DNA of 64,000 nt from contig CAYMEK010000019.1 in the NCBI GenBank assembly GCA_964389305.1, positions 416 through 64,415 of the forward strand, written 5' to 3'. Source of the stretch: an uncultured Spirochaetaceae bacterium. Lineage in GTDB: Bacteria > Spirochaetota > Spirochaetia > SZUA-6 > DRHE01. Positions 19,472-29,430 of the stretch are shown here, in pieces (position 1 is the stretch's first letter; every line of letters starts with the position of its first letter). The notes below the pieces were generated by a model. The model did no database searches. It saw only the letters and a list, made by a program, of their open reading frames with translations, and was not told the origin of the DNA. The position numbers were made by a program, and so were the translations under genes.

Positions 19472-20140
19472 ATGAAAGCTGCTGTCCTTGCACTCCTCCT
19501 CGCCGGCGGCCTGTTGCCCGCCGATGCGCAAGAACTCGTGCCCCTGCCCCCTCCCCGCTATCCAGGCACCATGAGCGTGGAGGAAGCCCTCAACCTCCGC
19601 AGAACCGTCAGAGCCTTTGAGGACGAGCCGCTGAGTCTGCAGGATGTAGCTCAGCTTCTCTGGACCGGCGGTGGAAGCCGCTTCGACTGCGCAACCGGGG
19701 CCAGCCGCACCTACCCTTCTGCGGGGGGCATCTATCCCCTGCAGATTTACCTGGTTGCAGGCAACGTTCAGGGGCTCGATCGGGGTGTTTATGTCTACGC
19801 CTTTAAGAACCACACGCTGAAGCTGATCACCGATGGGGATCTGAGAAACCCTCTGGCCCGGGCGGCGCTCGGGCAGGGATTTCTCGCCCAGGCACCTGCG
19901 CTGATCGTGATCACGGCGGAATACAGCCGGACCGAGAAGAAATACGGTCTGAGGGGCGGCGAGCGCTATGTTCCTTTAGACGCTGGACTCGCCGCCCAAA
20001 GCATCCATCTGCAGGCGACGGCCCTCGGTCTGGCCACGGCCACCGTCGGCGCTTTCACTGACTCTGCCGTCAGGCAAATCCTCCAATGCGGAAAGGAGGA
20101 GCCTCTTCTCATCATTCCTGTGGGCAGGCCTGAGTCATAG
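19472..20140 (+). CDS. SagB/ThcOx-family nitroreductase-like flavoprotein with an N-terminal signal peptide
   Basis: SVEEALNLRRTVRAF, RTYPSAGGIYPL, DAGLAAQSIHLQATALGL..VGAF; leader MKAAVLALLLAGGLLPADA. Confidence 0.88.
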   Translation: MKAAVLALLLAGGLLPADAQELVPLPPPRYPGTMSVEEALNLRRTVRAFEDEPLSLQDVAQLLWTGGGSRFDCATGASRTYPSAGGIYPLQIYLVAGNVQGLDRGVYVYAFKNHTLKLITDGDLRNPLARAALGQGFLAQAPALIVITAEYSRTEKKYGLRGGERYVPLDAGLAAQSIHLQATALGLATATVGAFTDSAVRQILQCGKEEPLLIIPVGRPES

Positions 20141-20177
20141 CCGGGAAGAGTGTTCGGGCCGGCTATCCTGACATTCC

Positions 20178-20212
20178 CGCGGCGCTGTGCAGTTAAGCCG
20201 CTCAGCGCCGCG
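20178..20212. terminator. GC-rich hairpin between convergent genes
   Basis: CGCGGCGCTG / CAGCGCCGCG 10-bp inverted repeat with no U-tract. Confidence 0.4.
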
Positions 20213-20216
20213 CCGG

Positions 20217-22124
20217 TCACTTGTCCCCGAGAATCGAAACCACCAGAAGACCGGGGCCGGTGTGCGTCCCGATTACCGGAGTCATACGCGAGGTGAGAAT
20301 CCGCTCCCGCGGAAATAGCTCGCCCAATCGTTCCAGCAGGGCTTCCGCCTCTTCGTGGCAGGCGGTATACTCCACCGCCAGCTCCTCGATCGACCTATAT
20401 CCGGCGGCGAAATCGACCAGGCGCTCGACCGCCCTGCTCCTCGAGTGGGTCCAGCCGGCCGGCGCCACCAGTCCCTCTTTGACGGTGATCAGCGGATGTA
20501 TCCTCAGGACCGAGCCGAGAAGTACCTTGGCTGCTCCTATCCGCCCACCTCTTCTCAGGTACTCCAGAGTATCGAAAGTAGCCAGTAGCTGCGCCCGCGG
20601 AATCGTATTGGCCGCCACTTCCCTGGCCTCCTGGAGGGAAGCTCCGGCTCTGACGGCCTGTGCGGCTTTGAGAACTACGAAACCCTCCGGCATGGCGGCC
20701 GTGCCTGAATCCAGTACGTCGATTCTACACGGCTTCCCGGTCAGGCTGCGGCTCTGGCGGGCGACATCATAGGTGCCGCTCAACCGCGAGGACAGGGTAA
20801 TGACCAGGATGCTTTCAGCTTCTTCGGCCAGCCTGGCATAGACTTCGGCAAAGGCCGCCGGTGAAGGCACGGACGTAAGGGGAAAATGCTCGCTGGTTTT
20901 CAACCTGGCATAGAACTCGTCCGGGCTCAGGTCAATTCCGTCCCGGAAGGTCTCCGAGCCGAAGCTTACGGTCAGCGGCACGACGGTGATGCCAAGCCGC
21001 TCGACGATCTCCGGGCTCAGATCCGCAATACTATCCGTGACGATTCGTACCGCCGATCGCTTTCCCTCTTGACCCGTCCCCGGCCTGTCCTTGATGTACG
21101 CCTCGTGCTGCTGGTCCATATCACGGATGCTGACCCGCTCTACCCGGCCGATTGTCTCAGCCCAGTCGACAACGGCGCGGGGGTTGCCGGAATGGATATG
21201 CACGCGAACGGTCTTGCCGTCTCCGGCTACCATCACCGATTGTCCCTTGTTCTGCAAAAAGGAGCGGATCTCCGATAAATCCAACCTCGGCTCCTGCAGG
21301 AGGAATTCCGTACAATAACCATATCGGTGCCTCTCACCGCCGATGGTCACAGGCCGGAGTTCGCCGGTTGCCGCCGGGCCGGTGGATGCCTCGCCGCGGA
21401 CGGCGAAGCCGGTTGCAGCGGGGCGTGTTGCCTCCGAGCCGGCTGATGCCTCGCCAGTTGCCAGGGAGCCGAACGCCGGCAGCGAATGCGGATCGACCTG
21501 TCCCCTGAGGTAGGCGAGGGCTCCTTGCAAAATGACGTACAGACCCTGCCCCCCGGCATCCACCACCCCGGCTTCTTTCAACAGAGGCAGCAGGTTGGGA
21601 GTGTTGGCGACCGACTGGCCTGCTGCGGTGACGATCCTCTCCATGAACGGAAGCATCTCGCCGTCGCCGCCGGCGACAGATCCCTGTTCCACACAACGGG
21701 CAATGTCGTCGATCACCGTCAGGATAGTTCCTGCTACCGGCTGACCGACGGCAGCCGAAGCCAGCTCTCGAGACTTCAGCAAGCCTCTGGCCAGATCCGC
21801 AACTTCGGCGTTCCTTTTATCGCGCAATCCCCAGGAAAGGCCTTTCCAGAACTGGGAAAGGATCACTCCGCTGTTGCCGCACGCCCCCTGTAGTGCTCCC
21901 CTGGCAAAGGCTTGCGCTACTGCAGATACGCTGTTCTCGGAAACCTCCCCGGCTTCGTTCAGGGCGCAGCGCATGCTGAGCACCATGTTGGATCCGGTAT
22001 CACCATCCGGAACGGGAAAGATGTTTAAGGCGTTGATGGCCGGGGCGTTGCGCTCCAGCCAGGCAGTGGCGGCGGCGAGCATCCGATGAAGCTCCCTGGC
22101 GCTCAGGGAAGTCCTGCTTCGCAT
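20217..22124 (-). CDS. DAK2 (FakA) - DegV (FakB) fusion, fatty-acid kinase system
   Basis: INALNIFPVPDGDTGSNM, GNSGVILSQF, GVVDAGGQG, YGYCTEF, VHIH (FakA); IVTDSIADL, TSVPSP, LSSRLSGTY, YLRRGGRIG, IGTHTGPG (DegV). Confidence 0.92.
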   Translation of the reverse strand: MRSRTSLSARELHRMLAAATAWLERNAPAINALNIFPVPDGDTGSNMVLSMRCALNEAGEVSENSVSAVAQAFARGALQGACGNSGVILSQFWKGLSWGLRDKRNAEVADLARGLLKSRELASAAVGQPVAGTILTVIDDIARCVEQGSVAGGDGEMLPFMERIVTAAGQSVANTPNLLPLLKEAGVVDAGGQGLYVILQGALAYLRGQVDPHSLPAFGSLATGEASAGSEATRPAATGFAVRGEASTGPAATGELRPVTIGGERHRYGYCTEFLLQEPRLDLSEIRSFLQNKGQSVMVAGDGKTVRVHIHSGNPRAVVDWAETIGRVERVSIRDMDQQHEAYIKDRPGTGQEGKRSAVRIVTDSIADLSPEIVERLGITVVPLTVSFGSETFRDGIDLSPDEFYARLKTSEHFPLTSVPSPAAFAEVYARLAEEAESILVITLSSRLSGTYDVARQSRSLTGKPCRIDVLDSGTAAMPEGFVVLKAAQAVRAGASLQEAREVAANTIPRAQLLATFDTLEYLRRGGRIGAAKVLLGSVLRIHPLITVKEGLVAPAGWTHSRSRAVERLVDFAAGYRSIEELAVEYTACHEEAEALLERLGELFPRERILTSRMTPVIGTHTGPGLLVVSILGDK

Positions 22125-22195
22125 ACCTCTTAAGCTCCGTCAGGCGGCAAATTAATACATAGACGCGCTAGGCATTCGGCTGCCTAGTAGCTACG

Positions 22196-22618
22196 TTAAA
22201 TTCCACCCCCTCCGCTGTCAAGGGAAAAAGTGCCGCCGCGTGCTTCCCTGTAGCGGCGGTACAAGGTTCTGTCCGAGTCCACCAGGTCGAAGGACTCGAT
22301 CTCCTCCGGGGCAACCCAGCGAATCTCCTCGTGCTCGTGCAGGATGAACTCCCCGGATACATGCTCGACCCGGTAGAGCCGGATCTCCAGCTCGATCTCA
22401 CCCTGGCGGAAACGCGTAACCGCGATGAACTCTCCAATGGCGGCTTCTATGGACAGCTCCTCGGCCAGCTCGCGCTTTAAACAGGCGGCCGGGCTTTCTC
22501 CCGGATCGATCTTTCCGCCGGGAAACTCCCACTTGCTGCCCAGGTGCTTGCTCGCCTTCCTTCTGGCCAGGAGAATCCTGCCGTCTTTTTCGATCAACGC
22601 CGCCGTGACCTGCTGCAT
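22196..22618 (-). CDS. NUDIX (deoxy)nucleoside triphosphate pyrophosphohydrolase, MutT/NudG-like
   Basis: WEFPGGKIDPGESPAACLKRELAEEL Nudix box. Confidence 0.9.
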   Translation of the reverse strand: MQQVTAALIEKDGRILLARRKASKHLGSKWEFPGGKIDPGESPAACLKRELAEELSIEAAIGEFIAVTRFRQGEIELEIRLYRVEHVSGEFILHEHEEIRWVAPEEIESFDLVDSDRTLYRRYREARGGTFSLDSGGGGI

Positions 22619-22636
22619 GGTTGTTTTTTAGTCCCG

Positions 22637-24724
22637 TCAGCCGGCGGGAAGCCGGACCCTGAAAGTCGTACCGCCGTCGCCGGTATCGTAGCTCAATGTG
22701 CCGCCGAGCTCCCTGACGATCGTGTAGACGATGGTAAGCCCTAGCCCCTCGCGGCCCTTGGAGCTGGTGAAGGGCTCGAATAGGCTGGACCGTATTTTTT
22801 CCGGTATCCCGCTTCCCTCGTCCCGGACCTGCACCTCCACGCTCGGCGGCTCGCCGTGGCGATAGCGGGACTGCAGGTGCACGGTGCCTCCCTTGGGCAT
22901 GGCCTCGCTCGCGTTTTTCAGGAGATTGATAAACACCTGCTTCAACTTGTTCGTATCCGACCTGACAAGGGGCAGCTCCGGCTCCAGCTTGAGCTCGAGC
23001 CTGATCCCGGACTTCTCCAGAAGGGAATCTCTGGATATCTTGGCCAGGTCCCTGATGATCGAATTGACGTCTACCGGCTCCCTCACAATCTGCGGTGGGG
23101 TCGAAAAGCTGGAAAGCTCTTCGATGATCTGGGAAACCCGCCGGATCTCCTCGCGTACGATGCGCAGATCGTCCTGGGCCGCTTCCCGGTCTACCAGCTC
23201 GTGCGCCAGGATGGCCAGGTAGTTGTTGATGATTCCCAGAGGATTCTGAGCTTCATGCACCACTTTTCTGGCCAGAATCGAGGTTGCCGACAGCCGCTGC
23301 TCGCGAATGTGCTCGGCCTGTTTCTCTCGAAGCTGAAAGCCGAAGAGAGCCAGGGAGCAAAGATTCAGGAACATGGTCAGGAGCCTTCGCTTTTTCAGAA
23401 ATAGGTCCCGCTGATTCCGTCGTATTCCCAGGATCAGCACGCCCAACCTCTCCTCGCCCTTGAACATCGGCAGGCACAACATGCCCTCGGCGGCGAGTAA
23501 GCGCAGGAGTTGCTCGTCGAGAATGCTCAAGGCCCCGTCCACGTCGAAGGTGTACAGGATCCGCTGCCGGATCAAGGCCCTGACCAGCAGGCTGCTCTCC
23601 TCCCTGAAGGGGATGGCGAGCTGCCGAATAACCTCCTCGCGATACCCGCCTCCCGCGGTGACTCCCTCGAGGGCGTCGCCCTGGTAATGGAAGAAAAAAA
23701 CGTGCTCGATGTCAAACAGCAGGTGCAAACCCTGGCGGATGATCTGCAGGATGCCGGCCCTGTCTTCCGCTGCCAGGAACGCCTCCGAGGAGCTCTCCAG
23801 CAGCGAGATGTCCCTCACCCAGGCGGCCAGCTCCTCGTACTTCTCCCCTTCTCCCGGCTGGAGACCTCGGGATTGCTCATCAGCGCTCGACACCTCGATG
23901 TCCAGTGAACGGGCGATCTCCCGCACCTCTTCCCCGGACTCCTCGACAACCGCCTCCAGCTCTTTCCTTTCCAGTCCCAGGACCCGCATCCCGACCTGGA
24001 ATCCCTCCTCCCGCTCCTCCGCGACAATCGGGCACAAACGGTTGGCCATGTATACGATCTGGACCAGCGAAGAGGAATTCACAATGCGCTCCGGCGGATC
24101 ATGGTGGTACAACAAGGCATCGGGCATAAAGGAGCTCAAGTCCCAGCGCCGGATCAACCAGGCGCCCACCTCAGCGTGATTCAGGCCGAGCTTCCGCTCC
24201 GCCTTCAACATGACGTCGCTGCGCCAGCCGGAGCTTCTCAAAATTTTTTCGTATTCTTCCTCCAGGTTGGCCCAGAGCACGATCCTGCCGATGTCGTGCA
24301 ACAAACCTGACAGAAAGGCCTCATCCGGCGTCGGGTATTGGGTTCTGAGAGCCAGCCGCCGGGATATCGCCGCTGCGCTGAGCGAATGCCACCAGAACAG
24401 CTTGAGATCGAAAGCCGAGCCCTTTCTCGGCCTGTGAAACACCTGGTAAATAGAAGAGCTGATGGCGATGTTCTTGACCGCATCCATGCCCAGAAGCAAT
24501 AGAGCTTGATCTACCGAGGTGATTTTCTGTTTCAAACTGTAATAGGCGGAGTTCACCAGGCGCAACACTCTCTCGCTGATCGAGGGGTCCTGATTGATAA
24601 TCTTGCTCAGGTCTTTGATGCCCTTCTCTTGGCGATTGCAGGTCTCGATGAGCTGCAGGAGGATGTGAGGTAACGTGGGCAGACTGATCGAAGTCTCTAT
24701 TCTAGAAAGCAGAGGATGTTCCAT
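22637..24724 (-). CDS. HDOD-GAF-histidine kinase (soluble)
   Basis: LPTLP..DPSISERVLRLVNSAYY, GLLHDIG (HDOD); H-box HEAQNPL, N-box NLLKNASEA, DEGSG, FEPF, GLGL. Confidence 0.9.
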   Translation of the reverse strand: MEHPLLSRIETSISLPTLPHILLQLIETCNRQEKGIKDLSKIINQDPSISERVLRLVNSAYYSLKQKITSVDQALLLLGMDAVKNIAISSSIYQVFHRPRKGSAFDLKLFWWHSLSAAAISRRLALRTQYPTPDEAFLSGLLHDIGRIVLWANLEEEYEKILRSSGWRSDVMLKAERKLGLNHAEVGAWLIRRWDLSSFMPDALLYHHDPPERIVNSSSLVQIVYMANRLCPIVAEEREEGFQVGMRVLGLERKELEAVVEESGEEVREIARSLDIEVSSADEQSRGLQPGEGEKYEELAAWVRDISLLESSSEAFLAAEDRAGILQIIRQGLHLLFDIEHVFFFHYQGDALEGVTAGGGYREEVIRQLAIPFREESSLLVRALIRQRILYTFDVDGALSILDEQLLRLLAAEGMLCLPMFKGEERLGVLILGIRRNQRDLFLKKRRLLTMFLNLCSLALFGFQLREKQAEHIREQRLSATSILARKVVHEAQNPLGIINNYLAILAHELVDREAAQDDLRIVREEIRRVSQIIEELSSFSTPPQIVREPVDVNSIIRDLAKISRDSLLEKSGIRLELKLEPELPLVRSDTNKLKQVFINLLKNASEAMPKGGTVHLQSRYRHGEPPSVEVQVRDEGSGIPEKIRSSLFEPFTSSKGREGLGLTIVYTIVRELGGTLSYDTGDGGTTFRVRLPAG

Positions 24725-24777
24725 ACCCTACATTATTCCCCTCGGCAGTCAGCGTCTTTCGCTGCTCACCTTTTTCG

Positions 24778-26088
24778 CTAGCGGCCGTAACGCCTGAAGT
24801 AGATGTTGAGCAGTAGCCCTATCCCCAGCAAACCCGTCCACAACGAAGAACCCCCGTAGGAGAGAAAGAACAGGGGGATGCCCGTGATAGGCATGATCCC
24901 CATGGCCATCCCGATGTTGACTACCACGTGGAAGAAGATCATACCCACCACTCCGGCGCCGATGTACAGGGCGAAGTCGTCGCGGGCGATGTACATGATA
25001 CGAATACCACGAAGCAGGATAATCAGAAACAGGGCAAAAACAAGAAAACCTCCGATGAAGCCCCACTCCTCGGCCAGGATAGAGAAGATGAAGTCGGTGC
25101 TCTGCTGGGGGAGAAACTGGTAGTGGCTCTGGGTGCCTTGGAGGAATCCCTTGCCGAAGAACCCTCCCGAGCCCACGGCGGTGACCGACTGGATCAGGTT
25201 CCAACCCGCCCCCTGCGGATCTACCCTCGGGCTCAGAAACACGATGAAGCGCATTATCTGATAATCCCTCAAGGCCCGAACCACCAGGAGAGCGCCAAGA
25301 TTGCTGACCAGCAGCAGGGATCCCACGTACAGAATCCAGTAGAAGTACTTGCGCTTGAAACCCCAATATCCCCAGGCGGAGAGCAGGGTGATCACAAGCA
25401 GGGCGGCGATAAGATACTTGGCCATATCGAAACTGGTCAGCGCGGCCACGATACTCGCCTCCCGGCCGACAATCCATTTCTCGTAGCCCGGCAGCACGGC
25501 CAGCACGATCATCAGCACTCCGGCGATAACCAGATACAGGAGATGACGCAGCCTCGCCCCCGCGGCGAAAGCCATGAAGAGAAAGATCGGTATGAAGACC
25601 AGGGCGGTTCCCATGTCCGGCTGCAGCAGAATCAGCCCGACGGGCAGAACCACGATGGCCAGACCCAGGAGCAGGTGGGGAAGCTCTCGCACTCCCTTGC
25701 CGATTCCGGACAGGTAGCCGGCCAGCATAAGGATCGTGGTTATCTTGGCGAACTCGGAAGGCTGAATACCAAACTCGCCGATACCGAGCCAGGAACGAGC
25801 GCCGTGCACTTCGTTACCGACGAAGGGGGTGATCAGCAGCAGCAGTACCGTGAGGCCGTAGAAATAGACGGCGAGCGAGCGTAATCGGTGGTAGTCTATC
25901 AGGATGACCCCGATCATCAGCAGCAGCCCGCTCGCGGCCCAGATAAGCTGTTTGATGAACTCGTCGGATAACCGCGCGCCGGCAAAGCTGACTCCGCTGG
26001 AGTAAATGAACAGCACACCGATGATGATGATCATCAGGGTGGCCGCCAGTAAAATGAAGTCGAAGGCGAACAGCGAGACGCGCTTCAC
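24778..26088 (-). CDS. rodA: Rod shape-determining protein RodA (SEDS)
   Basis: GARSW, IQPSEFAK, QPDMGTA, PQQSTDFIF, GIPLFFLSYGGSS. GTG 26088 overlaps the mrdA stop. Confidence 0.95.
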   Translation of the reverse strand: MKRVSLFAFDFILLAATLMIIIIGVLFIYSSGVSFAGARLSDEFIKQLIWAASGLLLMIGVILIDYHRLRSLAVYFYGLTVLLLLITPFVGNEVHGARSWLGIGEFGIQPSEFAKITTILMLAGYLSGIGKGVRELPHLLLGLAIVVLPVGLILLQPDMGTALVFIPIFLFMAFAAGARLRHLLYLVIAGVLMIVLAVLPGYEKWIVGREASIVAALTSFDMAKYLIAALLVITLLSAWGYWGFKRKYFYWILYVGSLLLVSNLGALLVVRALRDYQIMRFIVFLSPRVDPQGAGWNLIQSVTAVGSGGFFGKGFLQGTQSHYQFLPQQSTDFIFSILAEEWGFIGGFLVFALFLIILLRGIRIMYIARDDFALYIGAGVVGMIFFHVVVNIGMAMGIMPITGIPLFFLSYGGSSLWTGLLGIGLLLNIYFRRYGR

Positions 26089-28046
26089 GGGGCAAGCTCC
26101 CGGGATTCCGTTTCCTGTCCGACCGCCTGCTGCAAGCCCGCTTCCCGCTCGGCCGCGGCCTGCCGGGCTGCCTCCCGCTGCTGCACGATATACCACCAGG
26201 GCCTTAGAGTTTCCACCGCCTCTTCATAGGTCTGGTCGGCGAAAATCCCTTGAAGGATCACATTGGCCGCCTTCGGAGCCCACCACTCCCACTCGTTTTC
26301 CGCCTCGACCATTACTACCACTACCACCCGCTCATCGGGATCCTCGGTCTGGTAAGGGGCGTAGGCGGCGAACCAGGAGTGCCAGCGGTCCTCGAACCCG
26401 GCCTGGCCGGTTCCGGTCTTGCCGGCTACTTCCACGGCTTTGGTAGTAATCACCACATTGGCCGTGCCTTCCGTGATCACACCGCGCATGGCTTTCTGCA
26501 CGGTGCGGAAGGTGTCCTTGCGTATGGGAGCGACCCGCAGCTGCTCCGGCTCGATCTCGCGCACCAGGTCGCCGGTCGAAGGATCCCTCACCTCCTTGAG
26601 CACGTGGGGACGGAACACCCGTCCCTCGTTGACGATCATAGCCACGATGTTGGCCATCTGCAGGGGCGTTACCAGAAGATAACCCTGGCCGATGGACATG
26701 TTCAGGGTGTCCCCGCCCAGCCAGATCATGTGGTGGGTCTTCTGCTTCCACTCGGGGGTGGGCAGGAACCCTTCACTCTCCCCCGGAAGATCTATTCCTG
26801 TTGTCTGGCCCAGCCCGAACTCCCGAGCGTAGTACACGATGCGCTCCACACCCAGCTCCATCCCTACCGTGTAGAAATATACATCGCAGGACTGGGCCAA
26901 TCCGCCGTACAGGTCCAGTGGGCCGTGACCGGTCTTGCGCAGGTGACAGTGGAAGATCCTGTCTCCATACTCGATCTTTCCTGTGCAGGTGATCTTGCGA
27001 GTTATGGGAAACACCTCCTCCTCCACTAGAGCCGTGGACATCACCATCTTGAAGGCCGAGGCAGGCGGATAGGAGGACTGAATGGCTCGGTTGATAAAGG
27101 GGAAGGTGGGGTCCAGCGAAAGCTGGTCGAACTCTTCGGCGCCTCTCTCGGTGAAAAACAGGTTGGCGTCGTAGTAGGGATAGGAAACCATGGCCAGTAC
27201 CTCGCCGGTTGCAGGCCGGAGCACTACCACGGATCCGATCCGCTCCCCGAGAGATTTCTCGGCCAAAAGCTGGATGCGCCGATCTATGGTAAGCACCAGG
27301 TTTTTCCCGGGCTCCGGGGGAATGTCTTCCTCGTGCTTCATCTTCAAGCTCTTCTCCCTCACGTCCACTGTCCGGAAACGAGTCCCGTCCTTGCCCCTCA
27401 GCAGCAGGTCGTACTGCTTCTCCACCCCGCTCTTGCCCAGTACCGTACCGAAGCTGTAACCCTGATTGTACAGTACCTGGATCTCCTCCCTGGTGATGTC
27501 GCCGACGTAGCCTATGACGTGGGCAAGGGAACCGGTTGTCAGGTAGTTGCGGATCGGCTTGTTGTGCCAGGTTACACCCGGGAACTCCGAGATGTGCTCG
27601 GCCAGGAACGCCACGGTCTCGAAATCTACTCCGCCCTTGATCTCGATCGGCTGGTAGAGATGGTTGTATTTGGCTGGAACCTTTCTCTCGATCTCTTCTT
27701 TGTCGAGACCCAGGGCGGCAGCGAGCCCTTCAAAGAGCTTCTCCCGCTGCTCCGCCGGGACTTCGGCGGGAATCAGATCCACGGCAAAGGAGTCCTGGTT
27801 CACCACCAGCGGGAAGTCAAAATGGCAGTCGAAAATCTCACCACGTTGAGCGGGTATCGGCAACTCCCGTCGGGCTACCGCCCTGGCCCGGCGCTTGAAC
27901 TCCCAGCCCCGAATAACCTGCAGATAGAAAAGCTGCCCGATCAGCAGCGCAAAGGATAGACAGACCACTACTCCGAGAGCAACAGCCCGGGATTTTACCT
28001 GGCCGTTGCCACGCGAATGAGAAGATGGGGATCGTTTAGATATCAT
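26085..28046 (-). CDS. mrdA: Penicillin-binding protein 2
   Basis: N-terminal TM, PAQRGEI, GKSGVEKQYD, SAFK (SxxK), SCD, KTG; located in the mre operon. Confidence 0.95.
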   Translation of the reverse strand: MISKRSPSSHSRGNGQVKSRAVALGVVVCLSFALLIGQLFYLQVIRGWEFKRRARAVARRELPIPAQRGEIFDCHFDFPLVVNQDSFAVDLIPAEVPAEQREKLFEGLAAALGLDKEEIERKVPAKYNHLYQPIEIKGGVDFETVAFLAEHISEFPGVTWHNKPIRNYLTTGSLAHVIGYVGDITREEIQVLYNQGYSFGTVLGKSGVEKQYDLLLRGKDGTRFRTVDVREKSLKMKHEEDIPPEPGKNLVLTIDRRIQLLAEKSLGERIGSVVVLRPATGEVLAMVSYPYYDANLFFTERGAEEFDQLSLDPTFPFINRAIQSSYPPASAFKMVMSTALVEEEVFPITRKITCTGKIEYGDRIFHCHLRKTGHGPLDLYGGLAQSCDVYFYTVGMELGVERIVYYAREFGLGQTTGIDLPGESEGFLPTPEWKQKTHHMIWLGGDTLNMSIGQGYLLVTPLQMANIVAMIVNEGRVFRPHVLKEVRDPSTGDLVREIEPEQLRVAPIRKDTFRTVQKAMRGVITEGTANVVITTKAVEVAGKTGTGQAGFEDRWHSWFAAYAPYQTEDPDERVVVVVMVEAENEWEWWAPKAANVILQGIFADQTYEEAVETLRPWWYIVQQREAARQAAAEREAGLQQAVGQETESRELAP

Positions 28047-28558
28047 GGCCTCTCCTTCTCCCTTGATCGCAAGGGTTTGACCAGCCCGAGAAGCCCGAAG
28101 AGGAACGGCGCCAGGATGGCATTATAGCCGAGCTCGATCCACAACGGACCGGCGAAGACGCCGAAGCCGGCCGCAGGTACAGCCAGGAAAGCAACCAGCA
28201 GGGAAGCGATGAGTCCCTTCACGACGGTGGCAATCATCACCAGGATGACCGGCATCAGTATGGGATCCACGAATATGTTCCCCGAAGTGAGTCCGTAGAA
28301 AAAACCCACGACGGTGCGAAAAAAAGCGTGAAACCCGAGCGGTGAAAGGCTCAATAGATCCTCGACCAGGCCGCCGGCGAAACCGCTGAGCTGAGCGGTC
28401 ATGCTTCCCCTGCGCACGGCCGTAAAGACCAAAACGATCAAGGCCAGGTCCGGAACGACGCCCTTCAAGGCAATCCACCGCAAAGCGGTGCTTTGTAGAA
28501 CCACAGAGAGTACGATGAGCAGCGTCGAGACAATGAAGGCCTTCAGATCCCTGCTCAT
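28043..28558 (-). CDS. mreD: Rod shape-determining protein MreD
   Basis: Hydrophobic 171 aa, VPDLALI..GLVEDLLS..PLG; lies between mreC and mrdA. Confidence 0.92.
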   Translation of the reverse strand: MSRDLKAFIVSTLLIVLSVVLQSTALRWIALKGVVPDLALIVLVFTAVRRGSMTAQLSGFAGGLVEDLLSLSPLGFHAFFRTVVGFFYGLTSGNIFVDPILMPVILVMIATVVKGLIASLLVAFLAVPAAGFGVFAGPLWIELGYNAILAPFLFGLLGLVKPLRSREKERP

Positions 28559-29403
28559 CGTGCTTCCGTATCGATGATGAACACGTACTCCAGGCGGGAG
28601 AAATCCACGATCGGCTCGACTTCAAGCTCGAGGGACGCCTCGTATCCCTTGGCGGTCATCTCCCTGACCCGGCCTACATGGATTCCTTCCGGAAAAAGCC
28701 GCCCCATGCCGGAGGTGATTACCAGCTCGCCGTATTGGACCTGCTCGAGGGCCAGCTTCTTCACGTAACTCATGGACAACATCGCCGAATTAGTCTGGCT
28801 CCCGGCCACCAGACCGTCGAAGCGGGAGCCCTGCAGGCGGGCTGCCACGTAGGAATTCGGGTCGGTAATGGGCTGCACCATAGCAGTAGCCAGGGAAACC
28901 ATCATGACCCTGCCTACCAGTCCCTGCAGGCCTCCCTGGAAGGCGACCACGGGCATCCCTTCCCTAACACCATGGAGTCTGCCTCGATTGACCACGATAG
29001 TGGAGAACTGGTTCCCCGGATCCCTGGCGATCACCTGGGCCGAAAGGTAACGGAAAGGCAATCGCTGGGCGAAACCAAGCTGCTCCCGCAGAGCCTGGTT
29101 TTCACGACGCAGCTCCGCGAGGTCCCGGGAAACCCGCTCGTACTCCGCCAGTCTCGCCCTGGCCTCGTCCAGCTCGCTGCGCAGGCGCTTCAGCTCGCCG
29201 ATCGAGTTCCAGGTATTGGAGAACCAGTCCGTTACCGCGTGAATGCTCAGCTGAAACAGCGAGAAGAAGGACTGCCCGACCCGCTTCGGCTGCATGACCA
29301 GGTTGCGGTTGGACACGAGGATCATCACCAGGCAGAGAACAAGAATCAGGGCAAAGATTACGCCGTTCTTGTTTTTACGGATGAAGCTGGGTACTCCCGG
29401 CAT
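28555..29403 (-). CDS. mreC: Rod shape-determining protein MreC
   Basis: TM, coiled coil ENQALREQL, NRG..HGV..GMPV, TSGMG..FPEGI.VG. Confidence 0.95.
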   Translation of the reverse strand: MPGVPSFIRKNKNGVIFALILVLCLVMILVSNRNLVMQPKRVGQSFFSLFQLSIHAVTDWFSNTWNSIGELKRLRSELDEARARLAEYERVSRDLAELRRENQALREQLGFAQRLPFRYLSAQVIARDPGNQFSTIVVNRGRLHGVREGMPVVAFQGGLQGLVGRVMMVSLATAMVQPITDPNSYVAARLQGSRFDGLVAGSQTNSAMLSMSYVKKLALEQVQYGELVITSGMGRLFPEGIHVGRVREMTAKGYEASLELEVEPIVDFSRLEYVFIIDTEAR

Positions 29404-29430
29404 GGTTCGTTACTGCACAGTACCTCGTGC

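Noticed and set aside
19352-19813. 154-aa N-terminal extension of DnaE2 in the ORF track
   Set aside because: It overlaps the nitroreductase gene in antisense and runs through the dnaE2 promoter; the PHP domain begins just after ATG 19351.
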